From Adineta vaga (lineage: Eukaryota; Animalia; Rotifera), in the NCBI GenBank assembly GCA_021613535.1, contig CP075494.1, positions 11,346,001-11,410,000 of the forward strand: a stretch of DNA of 64,000 bases, in the 5' to 3' direction. Of the stretch, positions 39,342 through 52,500 are shown in pieces. A model generated the notes under the pieces. The model did not search any database. It had not been told where the DNA came from and saw only the letters and a list, made by a program, of their open reading frames with translations. Within the stretch, counting starts at the first letter, position 1. Every line of letters starts with the position of its first letter. The position numbers were made by a program, and so were the translations under genes.

Positions 39342-42166
39342 ATGACAAATAAAGTTGAACGAAGATTATTACGTGATGATCTAGTCGATGATATTGTTGA
39401 TCAACAGCAGCCTGTTTCTCATTCAAATAAGTCATCATATTTTATTGATAGTACAAAAAAAACACAAAATCGACCTTATTCAAGCTTTCCCTATGCTTTC
39501 AATAAACCGAAATGTGATCAAGATGATCGATTACAATTATCATCAACATCATCGTCACGTATTCATCCGTCATCAATGTTAATGAGTAATGATGAACGAC
39601 GAAAAGAAATCGATCGAATTATACAACATTTATACAATGGAAAACTATTAACAACAACAACAAGTGATGAATTTTCTAGTTCAGAAACTTCTGATCCACC
39701 AATACGAATGTTTAATCAACCACCAACAAATTCGAATGTCATTGTAGTACCAGCCGTAAAAGTTGATGACGAAAAGAAAATCAATGAAGTAAGAAATCCT
39801 TTTCTTTCTATTAATTTGTCCCTTGGGTTGAGTTAGGAAATTCATATAGTTGTACCAATATGAGTAATTATTTGCTGATCAATAAACGCTCTATTTGTAC
39901 TTCTTTTCTAAGAACTTTCGAAGTAAATTATCGGCTGACAACCTTGATTGTTCGTCGTACTCAATGTCTAGTGTCTCACTTCTTAACTGTTGAATAACCT
40001 TGAGCGATTTGTTAAATGTTCGACTGATTTTGATCTGCATTTATATAGTTCCCTCCACTTGATGCTGATGTTACATTATTACAACGTGAATTAAAAGAAA
40101 AAGAACTCGATATAACTCATCTACATAAAGAAATTCAAGAATTACAACTTGAAAATAAATTATTTAAAGTGAATGGTAGTGCATCTGTTTATTCAACTGT
40201 ATGTGAAAACTTTTCGAGAATAAAATCAGATAATGTGTCGATATATGGACTTCCCCTTTTTTTTTCTTCTCTCTACTTCTATAGAATAACAATGAAAGTG
40301 AAGTACTTCGACGCGAAAAGGAAATTTTAAAAGATGAATTATCTTCTTCACAAGAATTAATTGCTAAAGTTCAACAACAACAACAAAATTTAATTATTAG
40401 TCGAGCAAATCGATTTGATGAAATTAATTTACAACAAAAAGAAGTTTTCGAAAAACAATTAAGTTCGTAGTTCATTTGCTTTCCGAATGAAAAAATCTTA
40501 CTATTTATTTTGTTTTTTTTGTGTTAAAGAATTGTTTGAGAAACAAATAAGAATATTAGTAAATGAAAATGATAAATTAAAACAAAATTCTCATCAAACT
40601 AATCATATAATTTTACAATTAAAAAGAGAAAATGAAGATTTACAACAAAAAGTAAGATTTATTGAAACAATCAATTCATACGTTATTTATTTTGTTTTGA
40701 TTAGATAACTGAAGCAAAAAAACGAAATGATGAATTATTTTATCAAGAATTTCATTCATTAAGAAATAATATCAAGTAGATTTCAAGATTTTGAATAAAG
40801 AAATAATCATCTGTTAATGAGTTTAGAACTTTAAAAGAACGAAATAATGAATTATTTCAAGAAAATTTACGTTTACAACAAGGACAATCGAATAATAATT
40901 GGCGTTCAACAATTCACGATCAACAACAAATACCATCAGCACGAACAAGGAAACCATCCAATTCAGATTCTAAACATGTCAAACGTAAATATCACTATTT
41001 ATCTACATAAACAAAATCTTCTTACATCTTGAAATATGATTTAGTGATGGTAGATGAAAATTCATATATGTCTGAAGGAAGTGATTCAACAAATTATTTA
41101 ACTACTGTCAGTACTGATCATTACAATTGTCGACCAACATCATCTACCCATCGTTCTGCAACTATCGATGGAAATAATCATCATCGTACAACAAGATATA
41201 ATATTTTACTTGGACGTGAAGAAACTAATACAAATATAAATTCAGTTCCTCTATCAAAATCACTTGATCAACAATTAAATTTTCGTTCGCCAAGATCAAA
41301 ACGTATTGTTGATTGGAATGTACAAAATCATCAAATAAATGAAGGTATTCTTAAGCAATTGATCCCAATATTGACATTTTCTCTTTTTTTCGTTTCGATA
41401 TTTAGGTTTATATCATCGAGGTAGAGTATTTCTATTAATAATCAGATTTGTGAATATTTTTATTAGATAAAACAATTTATAATGATGAACATCCAACACG
41501 AGATGATATTGAATCATCAGCACAAATTTTTCAATCTTGTTTTGGTACACATCGTAATACAATAACAATAAATGAATCTCAACTTCATTCACGAGGATCA
41601 ATAAATAATCATACAAATAATTCTATGAATGGTAATGATTTGAGTATCTTTCAGGTTTTTTTAAGTAATCAAGTGGATTTAGATCGTGTTCAACTTCGAG
41701 TAAATACTGTGACAGTTAGGTAAGATAAATTGGGCGAAAGAATGGCATTTGTATGATATATTTTAATTATAGTCCAAAACGGCCGTATGCACCATTGTCT
41801 ATTGGTGATATTCATGTAGGTGATGTTATTAAATTCTCTCGACAAGGTGGTAAAGTAAGTAAAGGATCGGTTAAATATATTGGTTCATTACCTGGTAAAA
41901 ATGATCAATACCTTGGATTAGAATTAGATGAAGAAGGTAAAGAGATAGAGAGGAATTGATCAGAAGTAAAATTTCAAGAAATGTTTGTTTTGTAGAGAGT
42001 AAACATGATGGTGTTTATCAAGACCAACGAATCTTCCAATGGTACGATAAAAGAAAACATATTTTTGTAGGTAGTTCAATTGATTTTATTTCGATTATTT
42101 AGTAAATCAAATAAAGGCGTATTTATTGGATTTAATAAAGTGATTATGGCATGGAGTGAACAATAA
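39342..42166 (+). CDS. Coiled-coil protein with C-terminal CAP-Gly domain, multi-exon
   Basis: Heptad-rich exons (LLQRELKEKELDITHLHKEIQELQLENK). C-terminal VGDVIKFSRQGGKVSKGSVKYIGSLPGKNDQYLGLELDEE|ESKHDGVYQDQRIFQC|KSNKGVFIGFNKVIMAWSEQ*. Confidence 0.8.
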
Positions 42167-42404
42167 ATATTTTTAGTGTACAGCATAAATTACAATTTAA
42201 AGTTTATTATAGAAGATTTGTTCTTTTGTTTTACCTCTTATATTTGAGTTTTATCTTTCTGCTCCTTTCTTTTTATATAGTAGTATCGATTATTCGAACA
42301 AATACAGTATTTAATTCAAATTTGGAAATAACTTGATAAGAAAGATCTTATGAGTCATATAGGTCATCATTTTATTGAATATATATATATAAATAAAAAC
42401 TCTC

Positions 42405-44027
42405 TTACCAATCACATTGTTGATAATCTTTTAGAAAACAACCATATGGAATAGTGATATCAGTTTTTCCTTCAGCTATTTGTCGATATGTATCAATAAT
42501 TGGATCAAGAACACGTGCTGCTGCATCTTCTTCATCAAGTGGTGTTTGAAAATCATATTCAGTCATGACTTTATATGCTAGGTCTAATGGTTTTTCATCA
42601 TTAATCCAACCTAGACAGAAAAGCAAAATGAAAATTTCTATTTTTTCTTTGTTTATATTTAATCTAAACATACCTGTATCGACAGAAACCATATAAATAT
42701 TGGATTTTTTATAATCACTTGCTGATGTTCGTGTCATCATATTCAAAGCTGCTTTCGCTGCATTTGTATGAGGATGTCGAGTTGTTTTGTTTTTGCGAGA
42801 AAATGAACCTTCCATTGCTGAAACATTGATAATAAACTTCTTGCTTTCAGGATCGGGATGTTTATTTGCCATAAGAACTTTTAATTTACTATTAAGAATA
42901 AATGGTGCTAATGTATTGATTGTTAGAACTTCATTGATTTCCATTGTAGATAAATCATCAAGACGTAACATCCATGAATTAGTTGAACGAAAATCAATGG
43001 GTTGTTGATTGACATCATACGAATTGGTACTGACCATGGAAGAAGTAGAAGAAGAAGAAGAAGAAGAAGAAGATAGAAGTGAAAGTGGTAAATATGTAGA
43101 CGTATGTTCAAGAAGATGATCAGATGATGGACATAATTTTTTATAAAATTGCAGGTTTCCATCAAGAATTGCTTGATTCTCATTTGATAAAAGTGCATAA
43201 TTAGCTAATCGTTCATGAGCAATTAAATGTTGATAGAATTCTTTTGGACGTTGAATAGTTTGACAAGCGTTATTAATTAAAAAATCTAATTTATCATATT
43301 TATCGACAAGCATTCGAGTAAATTCTTCAATTAATTGAACAAAACGTAAATCAACAGCATATATATGTATACGAGTTTTCCATTGATCGAAATCATGTTC
43401 TTTATTTAAACGATTCAAGAAATCAACTGGAAATCGACTTGTTGCAATAACGAAACAATTTGCACGAAGTAATTTCAAAACAATTCGATAACCTATTTTC
43501 AATCGACCACCAGTAACTAATGCTATTCGATTGGAAAGATCCGCTGTTTGTGTCCGTTTCGAAAAGTTGAATGCAGCACATGCTGGACAGAGACGATCAT
43601 AGAAAAAATGTAATGTACGAAATTTAAGTTTACATATATAACAAATGTTGCGTTCAAGAAGTCGTAAAGGAGCATTTGTATTTGTTGGTGCTGATGGTGC
43701 GAGTGAAGTTTGAACAGTTCCATCAGGGACGAGAATATCTTGTAATTGAAGTTGTTGTAGTTTTTCAGCACGACCAGCACGAAGTAAACAAGAATTTTTT
43801 GCTTTTCGATCGACTTGTTTTAATTGAAGACGTTTATCCTGTAATCGTTTCTTATAAAAACGTTTGTGTGCATGAAATAGACTGTGAATCATTGGACGAA
43901 GACGATCATGATCAGCAGACTCGAGTTCCGAATATGTTTGATGAGAGCAAAATTTCTGCAGAACTTTAATACATGTTTCTAAATCATCAGCCGATATAGG
44001 CGATGATATAGGCTCATCGATTGACAT
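42405..44027 (-). CDS. Atypical short-chain dehydrogenase/reductase with N-terminal CxxC...CxxC motif, bacterial/protist-type; one 63-nt intron (42611-42673)
   Basis: CYICK...FFYDRLCPACA, LVTGGRLKIG, LINNACQT, NVSAMEG, HPHTNAAKAALNMMTRTSA, VDTG|WINDE and PLDEEDAAARVLDPI. A gtatgt...tctag intron interrupts VDTG-W. Confidence 0.85.
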   Translation of the reverse strand: MSIDEPISSPISADDLETCIKVLQKFCSHQTYSELESADHDRLRPMIHSLFHAHKRFYKKRLQDKRLQLKQVDRKAKNSCLLRAGRAEKLQQLQLQDILVPDGTVQTSLAPSAPTNTNAPLRLLERNICYICKLKFRTLHFFYDRLCPACAAFNFSKRTQTADLSNRIALVTGGRLKIGYRIVLKLLRANCFVIATSRFPVDFLNRLNKEHDFDQWKTRIHIYAVDLRFVQLIEEFTRMLVDKYDKLDFLINNACQTIQRPKEFYQHLIAHERLANYALLSNENQAILDGNLQFYKKLCPSSDHLLEHTSTYLPLSLLSSSSSSSSSTSSMVSTNSYDVNQQPIDFRSTNSWMLRLDDLSTMEINEVLTINTLAPFILNSKLKVLMANKHPDPESKKFIINVSAMEGSFSRKNKTTRHPHTNAAKAALNMMTRTSASDYKKSNIYMVSVDTGMFRLNINKEKIEIFILLFCLGWINDEKPLDLAYKVMTEYDFQTPLDEEDAAARVLDPIIDTYRQIAEGKTDITIPYGCFLKDYQQCDW

Positions 44028-44591
44028 CGTAAATAAATTTTTCTGATAATAAAATTACGTTACATTCAAGGTTTTTATTCGAGTTATTATGATGATGCAA
44101 TATTAAACATGTGATGATGTAGCGTCAAGTATTTATGTTACTTAAACAGAAACGGTCGTTACATGACTGTTATTTCACAATTTCGATGCAAAAGTTATAC
44201 TACTCATTTAATTTATATTTTGCCGTCACTTCCGATCTGTCAATCTAAAAACATCGAATCATCCTATATTTTTGATCCCATACTAAATTTCATTCATGTT
44301 AATTCGTTGAATATCTGATAGATCTATGCCGCGCGTATATAGTATGCATGGAGGACAGAACATTTTTTCTCTGCCGTCATACCAGACCTCCTGTTAAAAA
44401 ATTAAGATAACGTGATTTGATGTTATTCAACAGTTGAAATTGAGAAGAGAGTTGTAAGAGAAACTAACGCTTTCTTCAATTTGTAATTAAATATCTCCAT
44501 AACAAAACAACTGTATGTTGTTAATTAAATAATTGTACGAAATTCTTTTCTTCTTCTTTGCGCATTACATCAGTTTTATATTGAAAATAAC

Positions 44592-45010
44592 ATGTTGAAA
44601 TATTTCATCATTGGCCTATTTGTAATTTCAAGTAATTTCATAAGCAAAATTTTTGTACACTGATAAAATATAATTTCTTATTTCCTTCAGTTATTATTTC
44701 ACCTATCAATGCGTCAATACGTATTTGTAATCAAGGTGGATATATTGCCAAATGTTACCTTGAATCACGATCACTAAGTTATGGATTTCGAATTCATCGT
44801 ACTGATACTGGCTTATTTCCTGTAGCACAATGTGAAACAATGGATATACCATTTGATGCTGTTTGGAATCGTTTAGAATGTAAAGAATTGGCTTTTATTG
44901 CTGTATATAAAAGTATTTTCGTACAAGAATTCGCTTCAGCTATGTATAATTATTGTTATGAAATTACCGGAACAACATTAGCTCCACGATGGTCTCAAAC
45001 ACAATGTTAA
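44592..45010 (+). CDS. Secreted 119-aa protein resembling cholesterol-dependent (thiol-activated) cytolysin domain 4; exons 44592-44631 and 44691-45010
   Basis: Spliced translation MLKYFIIGLFVISIIISPINA-SIRICNQGGYIAKCYLES...ECKELAFIAVYKSIF...YCYEITGTTLAPRWSQTQC*. Signal peptide, 6 Cys, and AATAAA just after the stop. Not in the ORF track. Confidence 0.75.
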
Positions 45011-45691
45011 TTGTTGTAAATAAAAGAAAAAAGGGATCAAGATGTTTTTTTGAAATAAAAATAGTTTCTTGTTCTTTCTGATTAAAAAGGAATGCTTTTT
45101 GCTCATCAGCATAAGTAATTTATTAAACGATATGTGCGGATGTACACTTTTTTTCTCTTAGAAATAAGTAATGATCGTAAAAAGAGAAAATACTGAATCA
45201 ATGATACGCTAATAATCAAGAAAAAAAGCTTTTTATATCAAAATCTATGACGCGTAACAGATCAAAATATAGACAATATTGAAAGATAGACGCTACGCAT
45301 AATGACAAAATATTTATATGAGGAAGGTCGTTGTTCTAAATCGAGGGAGGTTTTTCTACACATTTTATCAATTTCACCTCTTCAGGAATTCGTTTATATA
45401 AGTTATATATATATATATAGACACACGATGATCTGTCTAATCGACAACTGATGACATCTATAATAAGTTCATGTTCTTGGTGTATAAGTAGATTAAATCG
45501 AATGTATCGTCGAATGCTAAGCCATTTGAGAAAAATTCTAACAATTCAATGAATCATTAGTACAGATTCCACTTTTCTTTCAGTCGATTGATATATAAAT
45601 GTAATGTTGTCTGTTTTTTTTCTTCTTATTTCAGATTTTGATTAGATTCTTTCTTACACCGGTGAGCAAAGCAAAATTCAATTAATTCAAC

Positions 45692-46998
45692 ATGACAACC
45701 AGTGATGGTGTCACAGTACGTCATCCACCGATCTCAATAGGTGATATCCATCCACGTTTAGATATCGATACAATATCAATTTTAAGTTCACAATCTGATA
45801 GCATTCAACATTTATCATATAATGAATCTGATGATGAAGGTAAAGGTTTAGTTGGATCGAATGGTACACGTTTACATGATTCAATTAATCAAACATATCA
45901 ACCATCTGCATTGAAAAAAGATTGGATTATGTATTTAAAAAAATCATCTGATAGTAATCATGCTAAACATCATCAAAGTTCAAGTGATAATGAATCATCT
46001 TCATCGATATCTGATGATGACGAAGATGATGAAAGTGAACAAGGTTACATTGAAGATCCATGGACTATTAATATGGTACAACGAGAATATTATACAAAGC
46101 AATTTCAAAATCTCCAGACAGATACAACTAAAGTTATCAATGGTAAAATATTCGTTTTTTGAGACAAAATAAACTTGAATTTCTTTTTCTTTTCTTTTTT
46201 GAAATTCTTAAAGGTCATATAGCAAAAGAATTTTTTGAACGTTCAAATCTACCTACAAGTGAATTATCTCAAATTTGGAATCTATCTGATGTGAATCATG
46301 ATGGAGCATTGTCATTAGCAGAATTTTGTACAGCTATGCATCTTGTTGTCTTACGTCTTAATCGTTTTCACTTACCCGATGAACTTCCATCACAATTACA
46401 GCCATTTACACCATTAATCGATCTATCTGAAGGCACAGCAACAGATAATTGGGCAACTTTTCAAGAAAAAAGCGATTCACCTCAACAATTTACACAAGCA
46501 CAAGCTATTGCGGATAATCATCGAATCGTTGCACCTGTTCCTGTTCGTCTATCCCCACCGCCACCACCGCCGCCACCTCCTCCACCACCACCTATTCAAA
46601 CAACTAAACCACCTCCACTTCCACCGCGTACAAATATTAATGATACACCTCAACGAAATCTCAATAATAACACATCGACTAATACAACTCCATATCTTTA
46701 TAATCGAACACATCCATCAATGACTTCACCGCCTATTCAGCAACAATCAGATCCAAATATTTTACTTGGGCAAATTCGTGATTTACTTCAACCTGATCAT
46801 TTACAAGAATTATCTTCAATTATTTCGACATCATCATCAACAAAGAACGAGCAATTTGATTCGGCTTTAAATGAAATCAAGACTCGTAATTCAATACTCA
46901 AGTCACAATTAAAACATTGGGAAGATCGTTTAACAGATTTAATTGATAAAAGAATATCTCTCGAACTACAACTAAAGGTACAACAACAGCATCAATAG
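45692..46998 (+). CDS. EH-domain protein, REPS (RalBP1-associated Eps domain)-like; one intron about 46143-46213
   Basis: DPWTINMVQREYYTKQFQNL...NG|HIAKEFFERSNLPTSELSQIWNLSDVNHDGALSLAEFCTAMHLVV, a poly-Pro tract and a C-terminal coiled coil (LTDLIDKRISLELQL). Confidence 0.8.
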
Positions 46999-47669
46999 AT
47001 TTTTGGATTTTTTTCTATTTTTCTTATCAGCGAGTTTATTACGTCCATGCGCATATGTGTATAGAAAAATGAATCTTGTTCGATTCAATCGGCAGTGGTT
47101 TTTTTCTTTGCTCAATGTGTAGCTTTGCATTCTATTCTTCGTTTTTCTTCTTTCAGAAAAACAACTAACTACACTTTTCCTTCTATTTCTTACAATTTTA
47201 TGCTCATTTGTCAACATATGTGCACACTTTATTCGTATATACATACATATTATATATATATATATATTCCTTTCAACTAATGTCTTTATTATTCTTGTTT
47301 TAATGGGTGCACAACGAAAATAACGTTGATATAGGAAGAATTTACTTAATTCGATTCTTTTTCTAGAAATGATATCATATTCGAATGAAATCTATGGTTA
47401 TAGATAGCAACTTCTTTTTGTTTTCTGAAGAACAGTATATTCGATGTAATGTTTATTTAATTGAACAGCTTATTTTTAAATAAACATTTTCAATAACTTA
47501 TCATCAAGTTTCCCTACAGAACTTTCTGAAGAAGACTACTTTATTGAAATAGATCTATGCTTCAAAAAAATCTATCATACGTTGATGATAGTTCGAAATA
47601 CTAACATTTCTGGCTTGATTTTTTAAACAACTACAGAAAAATGACAGTCATTATTTTTCTTTTGTAGAT

Positions 47670-48965
47670 ATGTTGTCATTTATTCGTCTGAGATGTTATC
47701 CAATTATTCGTTTATCAACAGGTACTGATAGTTTTCCGATACAATACTCAAGCATCGATTGAGAATGAGTGAAAGGTTCGATTTTGTTCTTTAATTTAGT
47801 TCGTTATGCTTCATCGAAAAAGAAACATATGACCTCTTCGACACCTGCTCTTCGTCATAATTGGCTTGAAATGTCATCCGAACTTTGTCTATCGGATTCA
47901 TCAAGCTTATCATCAACTCCAGATTCTGTTTTTAACACTCGTTTAATTCAATATCTCTCTGATTCTATCAAAACACCTCTCACTGAAAATGTTCAACAAA
48001 ATCTATTAACTAATTTTCAATCCTGGTCACCTCAAGAATTCTATGATCTCGTTTCTATTCTTGGTTCATATGGTTTACAGCCTGTTGATGCTCTTCGTCT
48101 ATTAATAAATCTTCCATCTGCTGATAAAACGATTATTAATATTGAAAATTTCAAACAATGTTTTGAAAATCTTCTTCAATTAAAATTTGATACAACTACA
48201 CGATCAATTCTGATTTCAAATGATCCACATATAATTCAATATGATTTAAGTTACTTTCGTGAACGTTTCGATGTTCTCATGTGTTATTTTACAAAACGTG
48301 AAATTAATAAATTAGTTCGTACACATAAGAAAATCTTTAGTGAATCTTGGCCTGATTTAGATTATAAAATTAATTATTTGAAAATTATGTTATTTGCATC
48401 AACACGAGATATTGTAGAATCAGGTGCTTTAGCTTATTCAATTGATCATATACGTCAACGATATTTATTTGTTTATCGTGCCGGATTATTCAAACGTGTT
48501 CGTCATCAAGAACAATATGTTCAACAACGTGATTTAAATATTAGTTTAATCGATATATTCAGTACGAGTTTATCAACATTCTTAAAACGAACAACAAATA
48601 ATCTTCTTCGTCAAGATGATTATCAAGCATTTATTGATTCACTTAGATATGAAGTTTTTGATGATGAATTTCGACAATATTTAACACTTGATCATCAACG
48701 AAAGAAATGGTCAAAAGAAAAACTTAGTACGGAATTATATGAAAGACGTCATTGGATGAGTGAATTAGATATGTATAATAATCTTGATGAAGATGATTTT
48801 GATACAGATGAAAAGAGTTTAACAATTGCAAATGAAAAATCAGTGACGATACGAACTAATGAAGAAACTAAACCGAGTGCATGGCATTCATTATCAAATT
48901 ATAATCCTGATCGACATCAAAGAAGAAAACTTCGACAAAATATTGATCCTGATCTTCGAATGTAA
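47670..48965 (+). CDS. Mitochondrial transcription termination factor (mTERF/MTERF4)-like; intron 47722-47799
   Basis: Basic mitochondrial-targeting-like N-terminus MLSFIRLRCYPIIRLST|VRYASSKKKH, helical repeats, DLDYKINYL...SIDHIRQRYLFVYRAGLF and an acidic C-terminus. Confidence 0.6.
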
Positions 48966-49012
48966 TAATGTTAGTTTTGTTTTGTTCTTTTTCAGATAGA
49001 ATAGATAATTGA

Positions 49013-49487
49013 ATGGCAGCACAAATAGCAAATCTACCAAGTTTATTAGTTGGTCGAGTATTAACAAAAAGTAATACAACAACAGCAATTGTTCGAGTTT
49101 TACAAATGAAACTTGATGATAAATTCGATATGTTTTTTAATCAACGTAAATATGATGAGAATGAAGACATATGTGATTGAAATAATCCTATTGGTTGTTG
49201 TTTCTTTTTTCGTAGGTATTGATTATAAAGCATTTGATAAACGTGAACAAACGAAAGTGGGTGATATTGTCTTATTGAAGAAACGACCAACATTGGAATG
49301 TCGTTATCCATTAGAACGTTTTGAAATTAGTGAAATTATTTATGAACTTGGTCGTATTAAAGATCCTTTAACTGGTCGACGATGTAATGGTTTACGATTT
49401 CTTGATGAATCTTCTGTTGCTGTTGATCGTGAAAATCAATTGAAGCGTTCATCACCAGCACCGTTACCGACGAAGCCAAATGAATAA
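49013..49487 (+). CDS. MRPS17: Mitochondrial ribosomal protein uS17m, 2 exons
   Basis: MAAQIANLPSLLVGRVL...AIVRVLQMKLDDKFDMFFNQ|...YKAFD...KVGDIVLLK...IIYELGRIKDPLTGRRC. Confidence 0.85.
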
Positions 49488-49564
49488 AAATTTTGTTTTT
49501 TGTATTCAGTGAAATAAAAATAAAAAACGTCCTTTAGAATATCATTTTTCAGATAAATAAATCG

Positions 49565-52500
49565 ATGTTTTGGATTCTTCTACTCTTTCTCAATTCGGTT
49601 GTTACCGATGATTCGATGGAAAAATTTAAATCATGTAATAGTGAAGAATGCATTTTAATGCAATGTTATTTTCCCGTTTGTAAGTGCATAGAAATATTAT
49701 CATGTATTTCAATCAATATATTTTCTTAGCCGAATTTTTAAATGCTACACAAAATGAATTGAAAGTCTTCGAAAATTTCATCGAATCAAATCATATCTTT
49801 ATTAGTTATGTAAGCTTAGTGATCATTAAACGAATGATCGAACAGAGTTGAATTTTATTTTTTAGCATTTATGTAATGATTTATCCGTTGATAATATGGA
49901 CGAAGTTGGTGCATGTATTTATGGTATACTTTTTAAACTCTATCAGTTAGTTTAGTAAATCGGAAGAGATATCTAATGTCTGAAAGTTTATTTCGATAGA
50001 TTTGATGCAAATTTAACTGTACATCAACGTGTTCATGTTCAACAAGCACAAATTCAAGATGAATCAATTGCTATTGTTATTGATATGATGTAAACGACTG
50101 GATAATTATTTTTCTTTTTAATATTGTAAAATGAGTTTTATTAGATCAAAACTTCTGTATCGAATTGAATCGATGGATGATTCGGAAAAATTGAAAAATT
50201 TCATTCGAAAATCAAAGAAAGAAGAAGATGTGGTTGTTATTAATGCTTCATCGCTTACTCCAAAATGTATAGAGAAAACTTACATATGAATACTTATATC
50301 GATTATCAATTTCTAATTGTTTTTTTTTCAGTACATTTGGATGTGAGTCGAACAATATTGAATTATGGACTTTGGTTTACTTTCGTCTATGCTGCTATAC
50401 TGTAAGTATTGCTTACATAACAAATCTAGATTCATCTCTTTATTGTTTCTTGACTGATAGAGATAATAAAAAGACTGATTGTTTATATAACCTCTACTTA
50501 TCAGATGATAAAATGGACTCGTCAAAATGTATAATGGAAAATGATATTCGAATGACATTAGAACAGTTAATAGGAACGAATACTGATCAATTAGATACTA
50601 TTAAATCATATTCTGATCTGTTTCGTGTAAATGGCTTTCCAAGAATATTACCAACATTATTTTATATTCACAAAAATTCGACGTTTACTCTAGTATCAAA
50701 CAAACACATTATTATCATTCCGATCGATATGTAAGGAGAAAAACTTAGACTTTAAGAACAAAAAATAACTTGAATCGATCACTTTAGACTCAATTTTAAA
50801 ACTACCGATGTAGACGATCATTTGTTGTTACATGGTCCTTATCCTTTCTATCTATTTTGGTCGTCCAAACAAGTAAGAATTTAATCCCTGAATCTATTTC
50901 ATAATGTATGGTCATAAATGTGATAGAATGCATTTCAACGTCTAGGTGATCAACCATCTGATGAACTTATTAACATGTTACTTTATAATGAACAAGAACA
51001 TGATATGAAAAGTAAATCATATTCTTTGCAATTTAAATATCTTTATTCTGAAATAGATGCGTATGGCATGATTGATGATGAAGTTCGATATCTAGCTGAT
51101 AGTTTCAATGAAATTGAACCTAATCCTAATGTTATATTCCTCAAAACTCAAAACGATTACTTTCAGATTCGAAAAACTTCTCCTAAAACTGCCGTTCTTT
51201 TTACGGTTAAATGGGATTCGACATCGAAATTAGCTCGACGAACATTTCATCATTTAGCATTACATCTTCATACTTATTTACCAATGATTGATATTGATTG
51301 TTTCGATTGGACAGATCTATGTCATGAGGAAAATATCCTTCAATGGCCAACATTGATTTTAACTGAAAATATACCAGAAAGTAAAAGATATCAAGGAAGT
51401 ACAAATGAACAGGAAATGGGATTAACATTATTTCGGTAAGTGAAAAGATGATTTATGATATATTATGATAAAGATTATTTAGTTTTGCTGTAAATCAACC
51501 GTACGAAATTGAAGATGAGATGATAAAGAATAATCTATTGAATTCTCAACAAATTATTGTACTTGCACGAATTCAGCATGAAGAGAAATCTTGTACGTAT
51601 AATTGATGAAAATACTTTCTTTTATTCATATAGTAATGTCTATTCCAGTATATAATATTTATAAGAATCTAGTCGATATATTTCGAGATAATGAACATAT
51701 CTTTTTTATGTTTCATTATACAATTGAAAGGTAGAAGATAAGGTTAAGGGATTTTCTTGATTGATTTTGATTGAATGATTTTGTTTGAAACAAGATTCAT
51801 TATTGCAATGTTTAGATCTTCGTTGATGATTAAACAGAAACATGGTGATGTTCATTCATCATTTGAACCAAAAACGACCGTGTATCCATTCAATGAAGAT
51901 ATCAGTTATCTTCAAACGTTAATTAATGATGCTCTTCGAATTCAGTTGGTTTGTTCAATACTAGTTATTTTAATTGACATGATATTTAGGAGTTTTTTTT
52001 TTGTGTTCATACAAGATTCCATTCAATCCCGTCGATTTTATCAAGTCAACATCAACGCTATTTATTGTTGCTAGTCATTCGCAACTTTCTCAATTGAACC
52101 ATTATTTTACGTCGGAAGATTCATTTGAAGAACTTCCTGTCGTTTGGATTGATACGTAAGTTGATCTATGAAATTAGTTTTATATCAATGAACAATATCA
52201 TTTAGAAATTCACCATGGATTCTTACGATTAATCAATATGGTGATATAGTCTACCCAGCAATGATTTATATTGATTTTTCAAAGGTTAGTTTTATAAACG
52301 AAAGAACAATAAGATGAAGTCGAATGTTATCAATTATTTTAGGGACATGTTTATGTGAATTCTACACTAATCGATGTGAATATTTGGATCAAAACTGTTC
52401 GCATGCGATCAACAACACCTTTTTGTATGCGAGAATTCATTCTTTTTCATAAATAACTTCATTATTGTATAGATGAGTTATCATCGATAGAAATGAATGA

